From Bacteroidota bacterium (GTDB lineage Bacteria; Bacteroidota; Bacteroidia; Bacteroidales; VadinHA17), in assembly GCA_011374625.1 (NCBI GenBank), contig DRPN01000138.1:4815-68814 (forward strand): 64,000 bases of DNA. Reading direction: 5' to 3'. Below the pieces are notes generated by a model that worked only from the letters and a program-made list of their open reading frames with translations, searched no databases and was not told the DNA's origin. This document shows positions 47,892 to 57,323 of the stretch, piece by piece; position 1 is the first letter of the stretch, and every line of letters begins with the position of its first letter. Both the position numbers and the translations under genes were made by a program.

Positions 47892-48449
47892 TTGACATCG
47901 AAGAAGATCCATAACGATTGGGAGCTGGTTGAAATGGCCAGGCAGGGCGATATGAACGCGTTTGCAGAGATTGTCAGCCGGTATGAAGGGAAAATTGCCA
48001 GAACAGTGATTGGCATGCTGGGAGATGCGAATGAAGCAGATGATGTGGGACAGGAAACATTTATCAGGTTCTTTAAATCCATTCATTCATTCCGCGGGGA
48101 TTCGTCCCTGGGAACTTATCTGACCAGGATTGCCATTAACCTGTCGTACAATGTGCTGAAAAAAAGCAAAAGAACGGGCTCACTGGTGCAGATATGGGAC
48201 AAGGAAGAAAAAGAAATGGATATTGTGGATGAGTCGCAGGATCATGAAGAAAAAGAAAAAGGAGAAATGATCGACAAAGCCATTCAATCGCTCGAACCTG
48301 GTTTCAGGGCTGTGGTAAACCTCAGGCTGGTTCAGGGGTATACCACGAAGGAAACCGCTGAAATGCTGGGACTGCCTCTGGGTACGGTCCTTTCGCGCCT
48401 GTCACGGGCTCAGATGCAACTGCAATGCAAACTTAAACACCTCATATAA
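47892..48449 (+). CDS. ECF-type RNA polymerase sigma-70 factor
   Basis: 185 aa. Region 2 is FAEIVSRYEGKI...DDVGQETFIRFF and region 4 is LRLVQGYTTKETAEMLGLPLGTVLSRLSRA. The start is TTG at 47892 or ATG at 47934. Confidence 0.85.
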   Translation: MTSKKIHNDWELVEMARQGDMNAFAEIVSRYEGKIARTVIGMLGDANEADDVGQETFIRFFKSIHSFRGDSSLGTYLTRIAINLSYNVLKKSKRTGSLVQIWDKEEKEMDIVDESQDHEEKEKGEMIDKAIQSLEPGFRAVVNLRLVQGYTTKETAEMLGLPLGTVLSRLSRAQMQLQCKLKHLI

Positions 48450-48457
48450 TAATATAA

Positions 48458-48874
48458 ATGAAGCGTGGGAAATTATACCGCTGGTTGTGGATGTCAGAGG
48501 AAAATGCTCTGACAGAAACCCGGGAAAAAAAGCTATACCGGGCCATGAAGGAAATGCCTGATCTGGAAAAACGCAGAAGCGAAATCAGAAAGCTTTCGGA
48601 ACTCCTGTCGGAAAGAGAATATCATTTCGGACCAGGTTTTGTTGACCGGACCATGAACCGTCTTGCAACGCAGCTAAAGGAATCGCAAAATGCCGAGCTC
48701 TTTCCGGGCATTACTCCTGCCTTTAAATGGATTTCCATTGCAGGAGTGGCCGCACTGTTTATCCTGGTATTCAGTTTTTATCTTTCCCAGGGAAGCCTGT
48801 CGATCGAATCGTTTTTCGGCACCAATTCTTTTTCAAATGATAATTTGATCAGTTACCTGCTGTATCAGAACTAA
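48458..48874 (+). CDS. Single-pass membrane protein, candidate anti-sigma factor
   Basis: 138 aa with one TM helix (ISIAGVAALFILVFSFYL). It lies immediately downstream of the ECF sigma gene. The call is by position only. Confidence 0.4.
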   Translation: MKRGKLYRWLWMSEENALTETREKKLYRAMKEMPDLEKRRSEIRKLSELLSEREYHFGPGFVDRTMNRLATQLKESQNAELFPGITPAFKWISIAGVAALFILVFSFYLSQGSLSIESFFGTNSFSNDNLISYLLYQN

Positions 48875-48888
48875 TCAAAACACGTATT

Positions 48889-49434
48889 ATGAAAACCCGT
48901 CCCGTCATTATTCTGATCTGTACCCTGGTGCTGGGCTTCCTGCTGGGAATGGCTACATCGGCCTGGATCAGACACAGCAAAATGAAAGATTTCAGGGCCT
49001 TTAACAGCATTGAAGCTTTCCGGGTAAGGACCCTTTCCATCCTTGATCCGACCCCGGAACAGAAAGAAAAGATCGTTCCCGTGATCATCAAATACGGGCA
49101 GAAAAATTTTGAACTGAGAAAGAAATACAGGGAAGAATTTATTGTCCTGATGAAAGAATATCGGGATACCCTGTATCCTTTGCTTACCAGGGAGCAGATT
49201 GAAAGGCTGGAAATGGGACCTCTCAGGGGTCGCGAGGATGACCGTGGCAGAAGGGACCGGGAGGGTGGAAAAGACCGCGATGACTTCAGAGATAAAGATT
49301 ACCGGGACAGACACGACAGATCGACCCGTCCCGACAGCGGGGATTACCGGAAAACCGATCCTCCTCCCAAGCCATCGAAAGGAACCCTGTCGCATGTGCC
49401 GAAAGAATGTGAATTTCCCTGGTATTTTTTCTGA
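48889..49434 (+). CDS. Spy/CpxP-like periplasmic protein (LTxxQ motif) with an Arg/Asp-rich tail
   Basis: 181 aa with a signal/anchor, helical repeats containing LTREQ, and the tail RGREDDRGRRDREGGKDRDDFRDKDYRDRHDR. It is the third gene of the ECF triad. Confidence 0.5.
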   Translation: MKTRPVIILICTLVLGFLLGMATSAWIRHSKMKDFRAFNSIEAFRVRTLSILDPTPEQKEKIVPVIIKYGQKNFELRKKYREEFIVLMKEYRDTLYPLLTREQIERLEMGPLRGREDDRGRRDREGGKDRDDFRDKDYRDRHDRSTRPDSGDYRKTDPPPKPSKGTLSHVPKECEFPWYFF

Positions 49435-49471
49435 TACGCGGTTTACACGGAATTGACATCATGCTTTTATT

Positions 49472-49500
49472 CAGGAGGTCCGGCAGAACCTCCTGTTTTT
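49472..49500 (+). terminator. Rho-independent terminator of the ECF operon
   Basis: An 8-bp stem caggaggt (49472-49479) pairs with acctcctg (49488-49495) around an 8-nt loop, followed by TTTTT (49496-49500). It overlaps the stop of the convergent TPR gene. Confidence 0.7.
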
Positions 49501-51736
49501 ATTCATCATCCAGGCTGTACAGCAGATAGTCGAGAAGAATAGGGATATCATCACGGTTTATTCCGTATGAGGTCAGTATTTCCGTATCCTCTGCCACCAT
49601 CTCTGTGAGTTTTTCGGGAGCAAGTTTCTTTTCCAGTATGGCCCTGCGGTACCATTCCACTGCCTGTTGCAGGTTCCCGGCACTCCATTCCATGTGTCCC
49701 CGGTTTACCATATCATACATTATGATCTCTTCATCGGGAATTTTATCCATATATTTCCTGGCCTGGTCCAGTTTGCCGGTGACATAGTAACACCAGGCAA
49801 TGGGTCTGAGCACCTTCCTGTTTTCAGGATCCTGAAATTCCACCTTGAAATAATATTTTAATGCCTGGTCGTATTTTTTCAGGTCCAGATAGCAGCGGCC
49901 GATGGAGGCCTGAAGATACAGATCGTCAGGTTGCAGTTTTTCGGCTTCCTTATAATATTCCAGGGCTTCCCGGGGCATTTTCATCTTCCGGTAGCAAAAA
50001 GCAATCTTTTTCAGGTTCCATAGCCGGTTGGTATCGAAAAGTTCCGCCTGTTTGTAGTATTTCAATGCGGCCTGGTAATCTCCCAGCCGCTGGTAACAAT
50101 ACGCTGTTTTTTCCGTGATCTCTGCCGATGGCTCTTCTGTAAGCAGTCGCAGGTATATTTCCAGTGCTTCTTCAAAATAGTCCTTTTCAAAAAAGTATTC
50201 CCCGATTTTTCTGATGATGTTGCGGTCGTTGATGAGTTCCCTGAAAAAAGCTGCATCGTATATGTTCAGCTTCCCTGTAAAAATATCGGGGAATTCCCGT
50301 TTATCAGGGTAAAGCTTAAAGAACCGGTACAGATCCTGTATATACTGTGTGAATACTGCCTGGTTCCTTGCCTCCGGATGATGCATATTCTCCTGTTCGG
50401 TCATTTCACGTATTCCGTCCAGTTCCATGCTGAACAGTTTCAGCACCATGTTTTTTTGTTTGGAAGGCATTTGTTTTATATTGAGAATGAAAGAGTATTT
50501 GTCTGAATTACACAGGAATGCTGATCTGTGGAGACCTTCAATGAAGGCATGACGGTCAATAACGACATCTTCGTTTCCAAGCGATTCATCGATGATATCA
50601 TTTTCCGGGTAAAACGGAAGGAACCAGTTGCTGATCTCCCGGAAGAAATCAAAATGTTTCAGCAGGGAAAAAGCCGACATGAACACATCGGCACCTTCCA
50701 TTTGAAGCCGGGAGAATTCTTCCATTTTACCGAAAAGATCTTCCGAATCCTCAAATACTTCTTTCCAGTCGGGATTCCTTTCATCTGCCAGGTCGTCTTT
50801 CAGCAGGTTATCCAGATCCAGTTTTTCCTGAATATTCGGCGTGAGTTTGGCCATTTCGGGAATAATCTCTTCCCTGAGTCTTCTGGAGATTTTTTCCGTT
50901 TCTCTGGAACGGATGATCTGCAGGATGATTATTTCCAGGTTCTTTTCAATACCCGGTTTTTCTGCCATGGCTTCAAGCCGGTGCATGATCTCCGGGAATA
51001 TGAATAATCGGCTGTCAAAATGGTACAATGCAAATACCAGGCCCGTCAGGGCGCGCTGCCATACCTGATCTTCCCCTTCCTCAAAAAGATCAAACAGAAT
51101 GCGGAATTTTTCTTCGTGGAAATATCTGATCAGGGAGAGGGTAACCGCACTGACAAAGACACTCCGGTCGTACCACGAAAAACGTTCCTTGTTCTGTATG
51201 ATCTTTACCAGTTCCAGTTCTGCTTCCCGGTATTTGTCACTCAGCCACAGATGCCTGAATATTTTGATCCTTAACTCCTTGTATTTTTTTGAACGCAGAG
51301 TGTATGCTTCCTCAGAAATGGCAGCCGATTCACGCAGCAGTTCATCCAGTTCCTTTTTGAAGGTAAGGTCTTCCAGTTTTTCAACAATATCCACACCGGT
51401 AAGCTTCTGTTCTTTCCACAGTTCCTCCTTCAGCCAGTAAAGGTGCCATCCTGAGTGGCGCGACATGAGATATTCCCCGACATCCTGCGCCAGTTGAAGT
51501 ATCGAGGCCAGTAGTTTGTTGTAGATACGTTGCCTGTCGGGGTCTTGTACTCCCTCCAGGGTGTACTTCAGCATCTGGCGGTATGTTGACTCAAGATGTT
51601 CCAGTTGGATGCGGTGATCTCCCATGCCGGTTTGTCTGATCATGGTTTCCAGCAATACCAGCGCTTCCTTAATCCTTTTGGAAGTGACCAGCCGGCAGAT
51701 ATCCCTGTACTTTCTTGAAATGGTTTCTACCTGCAT
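49499..51736 (-). CDS. TPR-repeat protein
   Basis: The likely start is ATG at 51736 (MQVETISRKY...). The C-terminal ~250 aa has repeated TPR signatures (A..YY.KA....P, AL.YY). The N-terminal ~480 aa is unassigned. Confidence 0.7.
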   Translation of the reverse strand: MQVETISRKYRDICRLVTSKRIKEALVLLETMIRQTGMGDHRIQLEHLESTYRQMLKYTLEGVQDPDRQRIYNKLLASILQLAQDVGEYLMSRHSGWHLYWLKEELWKEQKLTGVDIVEKLEDLTFKKELDELLRESAAISEEAYTLRSKKYKELRIKIFRHLWLSDKYREAELELVKIIQNKERFSWYDRSVFVSAVTLSLIRYFHEEKFRILFDLFEEGEDQVWQRALTGLVFALYHFDSRLFIFPEIMHRLEAMAEKPGIEKNLEIIILQIIRSRETEKISRRLREEIIPEMAKLTPNIQEKLDLDNLLKDDLADERNPDWKEVFEDSEDLFGKMEEFSRLQMEGADVFMSAFSLLKHFDFFREISNWFLPFYPENDIIDESLGNEDVVIDRHAFIEGLHRSAFLCNSDKYSFILNIKQMPSKQKNMVLKLFSMELDGIREMTEQENMHHPEARNQAVFTQYIQDLYRFFKLYPDKREFPDIFTGKLNIYDAAFFRELINDRNIIRKIGEYFFEKDYFEEALEIYLRLLTEEPSAEITEKTAYCYQRLGDYQAALKYYKQAELFDTNRLWNLKKIAFCYRKMKMPREALEYYKEAEKLQPDDLYLQASIGRCYLDLKKYDQALKYYFKVEFQDPENRKVLRPIAWCYYVTGKLDQARKYMDKIPDEEIIMYDMVNRGHMEWSAGNLQQAVEWYRRAILEKKLAPEKLTEMVAEDTEILTSYGINRDDIPILLDYLLYSLDDE

Positions 51737-51906
51737 ATAATATTTTTCTGATATATAAATACTGACAAAAGTGCAGTGGCATGCAAAATATAATGGGGTC
51801 AATAATCTTGCCAAAAGTCATACCAAATAAAAAGGCCGGATTGGATTCTCCCTATTCCATCTTTGAACCTGGCTATTCTTCCTTTTTCAGCCCGGGGTGG
51901 CTGCAC

Positions 51907-52635
51907 TCAGGAGGCGTTCTTCTTTTCCCTGGCGTATCTTGAATAATGTAACAGCATACTGGCAACGATCAGGATACTTCCCGCAATGTGCCATTCCCAG
52001 GCAAACCGTTCGGGCACATACCGGCTGATTGCTTCTTTCAGAGCCGGATCGTTCAGAATCGAACCGGAATCTTCATGAAGGGGAGTTTGAAACAGGATAC
52101 TGGTGTAATCGAGGACATAGCTGATAAAAGTAAGCAGGGTCCCAGTTCCCAGCACGATCCAGGCCTTCAGATTATAACCATGCCGGAATCCCTTCTTTTT
52201 CAGATGCAGGATCAGAAGGCAGAGAAAGATCATCAGCAGGGAACTGATCACAGGAGCCAGGACAGGACCTGCCCATACCACCGGAATCAGAAATAAAATA
52301 TCCCAGGTGAGAAGTGATCCCGGCCAGTTCAGTAATACCTTCAAAGCCACATAATAAAGAATGTCCCACACAGCGAAGGAGAACAGAAACCATCCGAACC
52401 GCTCCCAGGCTGTTTTTCCCGCCAGGATTCCTACGGCAAGCAGCATGACCAATGTGGAAGCTTCACGGATGATCTCGGTTAGATAGATCTTTTCCGTCAT
52501 CATCCTGAGGGGAAAGGAGAATCCACCGGGATAATAGAGTTCCCTCAGATAGACCACCACAATGGCCTCCAGGAATCCCATAGCAGTGGCAAACAACATT
52601 ACGGTCAGGAGCTTCTTCAGGTCTCCCTTTTCCAT
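51907..52635 (-). CDS. Hypothetical polytopic membrane protein
   Basis: 242 aa with 6-7 hydrophobic helices. I recognise no family. Confidence 0.5.
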   Translation of the reverse strand: MEKGDLKKLLTVMLFATAMGFLEAIVVVYLRELYYPGGFSFPLRMMTEKIYLTEIIREASTLVMLLAVGILAGKTAWERFGWFLFSFAVWDILYYVALKVLLNWPGSLLTWDILFLIPVVWAGPVLAPVISSLLMIFLCLLILHLKKKGFRHGYNLKAWIVLGTGTLLTFISYVLDYTSILFQTPLHEDSGSILNDPALKEAISRYVPERFAWEWHIAGSILIVASMLLHYSRYAREKKNAS

Positions 52636-52689
52636 TGTTCCTTTACTTTATCCAGATTTGGTGCGGCTTAATATTCTCAGGGTATGGTT

Positions 52690-53520
52690 CTATGGTAAAT
52701 ACCGTTGAGCTTTTCCGGTCATGGGGACGAATCGTACCTCATATTGCCGGGTTTTTTTGATGTTCCCTTTTTTGTCCTTTTCAACAAGCACCAGCACCTG
52801 TGTTTCCCACGGATTACCCATGGGAATGACGATCCTCCCGCCTGGTTTTATTTGCTCGATCAGGGGTGGCGGAATATCGTCAGGAGCGCAGGTAACAATG
52901 ATGCCGTCGAAAGGAGCTTCCTCCGGCCATCCTTCGTATCCGTCGCCAATTTTCACCCGGATGGTTTCGTATCCCAGTCTGTGCAGTAACTGCGCAGCCT
53001 GTTTCCCCAGTTCTTCTACAATCTCAATGGTGTAAACGTATGGAGTGAGCTCAGACAGAACGGCAGCCTGGTAGCCGCTGCCGGTGCCTATTTCCAGAAT
53101 TTTGTCGCCGGGTTTAATTTCCAGCAGTTCGGTCATGTGTGCAACAATAAACGGTTGGGAAATGGTTTGACCGTATCCGATGGAAAGCGGGTAATTCTGG
53201 TATGCTACCGCCTGAAGACTTGGAGGTACAAATTTATGCCGGGGAACCTGCCGCATGGCCTCGAGTACTCTCTGATCGTGGATGCGGTGATAGGGATAAT
53301 TAGCCAGCGCATCCCGTACCATTTTTTCCCTTTCTTCCCGACGTTCACTGAAGCGGGGCCTCTTCCACCAGATACTGTCGGCGGGGGGTACATGTTTCTG
53401 TTCCTGTTCTTCCGTCTTCATAACAGCCGATGTTTCCTCTTCTTTTCCTTCACCGGAACGGGCACATCCGGGAGAAAGGACAAAGGATGTGAAAAATATC
53501 AAAAGAAGTGGCATCCACAT
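52690..53520 (-). CDS. pcm: Protein-L-isoaspartate O-methyltransferase with an N-terminal lipoprotein-type signal
   Basis: 276 aa with GQTISQPFIVAHMTELLEIKPGDKILEIGTGSGYQAAVLSEL, a DGIIVTCAPDDIPPPLIEQIKPGGRIVIP block, and the N-terminus MWMPLLLIFFTSFVLSPGC. Confidence 0.85.
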   Translation of the reverse strand: MWMPLLLIFFTSFVLSPGCARSGEGKEEETSAVMKTEEQEQKHVPPADSIWWKRPRFSERREEREKMVRDALANYPYHRIHDQRVLEAMRQVPRHKFVPPSLQAVAYQNYPLSIGYGQTISQPFIVAHMTELLEIKPGDKILEIGTGSGYQAAVLSELTPYVYTIEIVEELGKQAAQLLHRLGYETIRVKIGDGYEGWPEEAPFDGIIVTCAPDDIPPPLIEQIKPGGRIVIPMGNPWETQVLVLVEKDKKGNIKKTRQYEVRFVPMTGKAQRYLP

Positions 53521-53687
53521 GTTATCCTGTTTTATCCACCAAGTTACTTCATTTTTCTATTCATGTCAATTCTCCGTTCATGAAATGGGAAAACCGGCGG
53601 GTTCAAAAAATCCGTGTAAATTTGTCCTGTGAAACTTCCCAAAAAATCACAGGTTTGTTATTATTGTATGGTATATAGAACAGTTAT

Positions 53688-55199
53688 ATGTATTTATTAG
53701 GAATTGATCTGGGAAGCTCGTCGGTTAAGGCTTCTGTGGTGGATGCGGAAACAGGTAAATGCATGGTTTCTGCCATGTATCCCAAAAAGGAAATGGAGAT
53801 TATGGCCGGGCAGACCGGATGGGCTGAACAGGATCCCGAAGTATGGTACAAGCATGTCAGAAAAGCCGTTTGGGAAATTATCAGCCTTTCTTCAGTGGAC
53901 CCTGCCGAGATTTCGGCTATTGGCATTTCATATCAGATGCATGGCCTTGTAATGGTCGACCGGGAACTGAATGTCATCAGGCCATCTATCATCTGGTGTG
54001 ACAGCCGGGCTGTGGATATCGGCCGTAAGGCATTTCAGGAACTGGGCCCTGACCGTTGCCTGAAGAGCCTGCTGAATTCGCCCGGTAATTTTACAGCTTC
54101 AAAATTGAAATGGGTAAAAGATCATGAGCCCGAACTGTATGAAAAGATCTATAAAATCATGCTGCCGGGCGATTACATTGCCATGAAACTGACCGGTGAG
54201 GTAAAAACCACCATTTCGGGACTTTCAGAAGGGATTTTCTGGGATTTCCGGAAGAATGAACTGGCTGGATTCCTCATGGATTATTATGGTCTGAACCAGG
54301 AACATATACCGGAAATGGTTCCTACTTTTTCGGTTCAGGGCAAATTAACCGCACAGGTTGCTGAAGAACTGGGACTGCAGGTCGGTACACCGGTATCCTA
54401 CCGGGCAGGCGATCAGCCAAATAATGCTTTTTCTCTTAAGGTGCTGAATCCTGGAGAAATAGCTGCCACGGCAGGCACGTCGGGGGTAGTGTACGGTATC
54501 AGCAACGAGGTAAAATATGATCTCCTTTCCAGAGTTAATACCTTTGCCCATGTGAATCACGATTCTGACAAGCCCAGGCTGGGGGTATTGCTGTGTATCA
54601 ACGGAACAGGTATCCTGAATGCCTGGATAAAGAACCACGCCATGCCGGAAGCCCTGTCATATGCCCAGATGAACGAAATGGCACAATCGATCCCCATCGG
54701 TTCGGAAGGATTGACGGTACTGCCTTTCGGAAATGGAGCGGAAAGGATCTTTGAGAACCGGAATATCCATTCCCATATCCTGGGTCTTGATTTCAATATT
54801 CACCGGCATGCACACTTGCTTCGGGCGGCCCAGGAGGGCATTGTATTTTCTTTTGTTTACGGGATGGATATTATGAAGGAAATGGGAATCATTCCGTCGG
54901 TTATCAGGGCAGGAAAATCAAATATGTTCCTGAGCAGGATTTTTACGCATACACTTGCCACATTGTCAGGGGCTACCATCGAGCTGTACAATACCGACGG
55001 GTCACAAGGTGCTGCCAGGGCGGCGGGAATAGGTGCCGGAATTTATGCCGGGCCGGATGAGGCTTTTGCCAACCTGAAAATCACGGATGTAATTGAACCC
55101 GAATCTTCCATGCAACCGGTTATGCAGGAAACCTATGGCCGTTGGCTTCATTATCTGCACCAGTTTTATCATCATGAACAGAATGATGAGGAAAATTAA
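53688..55199 (+). CDS. xylB: Xylulokinase (FGGY carbohydrate kinase)
   Basis: 503 aa. MYLLGIDLGSSSVKASVVDAETGK, GWAEQDPEVW, GISYQMHGLV and WCDSRA closely resemble the Bacteroides XylB N-terminus as I recall it. Confidence 0.8.
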   Translation: MYLLGIDLGSSSVKASVVDAETGKCMVSAMYPKKEMEIMAGQTGWAEQDPEVWYKHVRKAVWEIISLSSVDPAEISAIGISYQMHGLVMVDRELNVIRPSIIWCDSRAVDIGRKAFQELGPDRCLKSLLNSPGNFTASKLKWVKDHEPELYEKIYKIMLPGDYIAMKLTGEVKTTISGLSEGIFWDFRKNELAGFLMDYYGLNQEHIPEMVPTFSVQGKLTAQVAEELGLQVGTPVSYRAGDQPNNAFSLKVLNPGEIAATAGTSGVVYGISNEVKYDLLSRVNTFAHVNHDSDKPRLGVLLCINGTGILNAWIKNHAMPEALSYAQMNEMAQSIPIGSEGLTVLPFGNGAERIFENRNIHSHILGLDFNIHRHAHLLRAAQEGIVFSFVYGMDIMKEMGIIPSVIRAGKSNMFLSRIFTHTLATLSGATIELYNTDGSQGAARAAGIGAGIYAGPDEAFANLKITDVIEPESSMQPVMQETYGRWLHYLHQFYHHEQNDEEN

Positions 55200-55256
55200 A
55201 ATGGAACAGGAAAAGGGTTCCTGAGAAGAAGTAACATAATTCTAAAACGAGAAGTT

Positions 55257-57221
55257 ATGAAAAGAATGAAAAAGTTTATTTTTGGTGTGTCTGTATTTTT
55301 TCTGGTCACATCGGGCTGCACGGATAATTCACGGAATGTTGGTGATTATCCCATCCAGCCGGTGCCTTTTACTTCGGTAACCATGACCGATTTATTCTGG
55401 GCACCGCGTATCAGGAAAAACCATGAGGTGACCATTCCCATTGCCATTGAACAGTCTACCCGGACCGGAAGGATCAGGAATTTTGAGATTGCCGGCGGAC
55501 TGGCAGAAGGGGATTTCGCTTCGCAATACCCATTTGATGATTCCGATGTATTCAAGATCATTGAAGGGGCCAGTTATTCTCTTCAAACCATTCCCGACAG
55601 CCGAATGGAAGAATACATAGATTCTCTTATAGTTAAAATTTCCATGGCCCAGGAAGAAGACGGATACCTGTATACCTACCGTACCATTATGGGTGATGGT
55701 AGCCATGACTGGATCGGGGACAGCCGGTGGAAGAAAACCCATATTCTGAGTCATGAGCTTTATAACCTGGGTCACATGATGGAAGCGGCAGTGGCCCATT
55801 ATCAGGCTACCGGCAAAAAAGCCTTTCTGGATGTGGCTGTCAGGGCAGCCGACCTGGTGGACAGGGATTTCGGATGGGGAAAGATAGAAAATTACCCCGG
55901 CCATCAGGAAATTGAAATGGGCCTGGTCAAGCTGTACAGGGTTACCGGCGAAAAAAGGTATCTCGATCTGGCGAAATTCTTTCTTGATGTCAGAGGACCC
56001 GGAGGGGAGGAATATAACCAGGCACACCTGAAAGTGACTGACCAGTCAGAGGCGGTGGGGCATGCTGTCAGGGCCTGCTATATGTATTCGGGAATGGCGG
56101 ATATTGCTGCCCTGTATAACGATACATCGTACATGGCTGCCCTTGACAGGATATGGAAAGATGTGGTACACAGGAAAATATATGTAACCGGCGGGATCGG
56201 TGCCACAGGAGGCAATGAAGGATTCGGGCCGCCCTATGAGTTGCCCAATATGACTGCTTACTGTGAAACCTGTGCCTCCATTGCCAATGTGTTCTGGAAT
56301 TACAGAATGTTTCTGCATCACGGCGAGGCAAAATACCTCGATGTCATGGAACGTACCCTTTATAATGCCCTCCTTTCGGGTGTCTCCCTGAGCGGCGATC
56401 TGTTTTTCTATCCAAATCCCCTGGAATCGGAGGGACAACATAAGCGAAGTCCCTGGTTCGGATGTGCCTGCTGTCCTTCCAATATTTCCAGGTTTATCCC
56501 TTCACTGCCCGGCTATCTGTATGCAACGGCGCCCGGGTCGCTTTATGTGAATCTTTATGCTGCCAGTACGGCCACTGTGGATGTGGACGGCAAGGAAATC
56601 AAGGTGGTTCAGGAAACCGGTTTTCCATGGGAAGGCAAAGTTGCTCTGATTCTGGAACCGGAAACATCGCACCGGTTTGCCCTCAGGTTGCGTATCCCCG
56701 GCTGGGCCAGGGAAGAAGCTATTCCGGGTGACCTGTACCGGTTTGCTACTCCCCTGCAGGAAAATGTACAGCTGAGACTGAACGGTGAAGAAATGCCTGC
56801 TGATATTCATAACGGATACCTTGTTGTGGAAAGGGAATGGAAAAGCGGAGACCGCCTGGAGCTAATCCTGCCGATGGAGGTTAGAATAATCAGGGCTGAT
56901 GATAGGGTGGAGGCCGACAGGAACCGGATCGCGGTTCAGCGTGGACCATTGGTTTACTGTGCCGAATGGCCTGACCAGCCCGATGGAAAGGTGCTGGACC
57001 TGATGTTTCTTCCCGGATCGGAATTTAAGGTATTTCATGAGCCGGATTTGCTGGGAGGGATCAACATACTAAAGGGAGAAGCCGTCTCCTGTGAAATGGC
57101 TGAAGGAGACAGCAAAGGCAAGAAAACTATTCAACAGGTAACCCTCATTCCATATCATCTGTGGAATAACCGCGGACCGGGTGAAATGCGTGTATGGTTC
57201 CCTGTTGCAGGAGAGGAGTAA
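55257..57221 (+). CDS. Glycoside hydrolase family 127 (beta-L-arabinofuranosidase-like, DUF1680)
   Basis: 654 aa with a signal/lipobox. Motifs are FDDSDVFKIIEGASYSL, HELYNLGHMMEAAVAHYQATG, GHQEIEMGLVKLYRVTG, and the Cys motifs CETCAS and GCACCPSNISR typical of GH127. Confidence 0.8.
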   Translation: MKRMKKFIFGVSVFFLVTSGCTDNSRNVGDYPIQPVPFTSVTMTDLFWAPRIRKNHEVTIPIAIEQSTRTGRIRNFEIAGGLAEGDFASQYPFDDSDVFKIIEGASYSLQTIPDSRMEEYIDSLIVKISMAQEEDGYLYTYRTIMGDGSHDWIGDSRWKKTHILSHELYNLGHMMEAAVAHYQATGKKAFLDVAVRAADLVDRDFGWGKIENYPGHQEIEMGLVKLYRVTGEKRYLDLAKFFLDVRGPGGEEYNQAHLKVTDQSEAVGHAVRACYMYSGMADIAALYNDTSYMAALDRIWKDVVHRKIYVTGGIGATGGNEGFGPPYELPNMTAYCETCASIANVFWNYRMFLHHGEAKYLDVMERTLYNALLSGVSLSGDLFFYPNPLESEGQHKRSPWFGCACCPSNISRFIPSLPGYLYATAPGSLYVNLYAASTATVDVDGKEIKVVQETGFPWEGKVALILEPETSHRFALRLRIPGWAREEAIPGDLYRFATPLQENVQLRLNGEEMPADIHNGYLVVEREWKSGDRLELILPMEVRIIRADDRVEADRNRIAVQRGPLVYCAEWPDQPDGKVLDLMFLPGSEFKVFHEPDLLGGINILKGEAVSCEMAEGDSKGKKTIQQVTLIPYHLWNNRGPGEMRVWFPVAGEE

Positions 57222-57323
57222 CCAGGTTTGAAAAATGAATTTTCCCGGCCTTTTTATTGGGGAAAAGAAATTAATTCATTATATTATAGCTCTGAATCTC
57301 ATGACCGGTAAAAATATGAGACA

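Noticed and set aside
48871-49395. 174-aa minus-strand ORF
   Set aside because: It is antisense to the Spy-like gene. It stays open because of the low-complexity RD-rich coding repeat on the plus strand.
55392-56027. 211-aa minus-strand ORF, plus 56046..56441 and other ORFs inside the GH127 gene
   Set aside because: These are antisense shadows of a strongly supported GH127 coding region.
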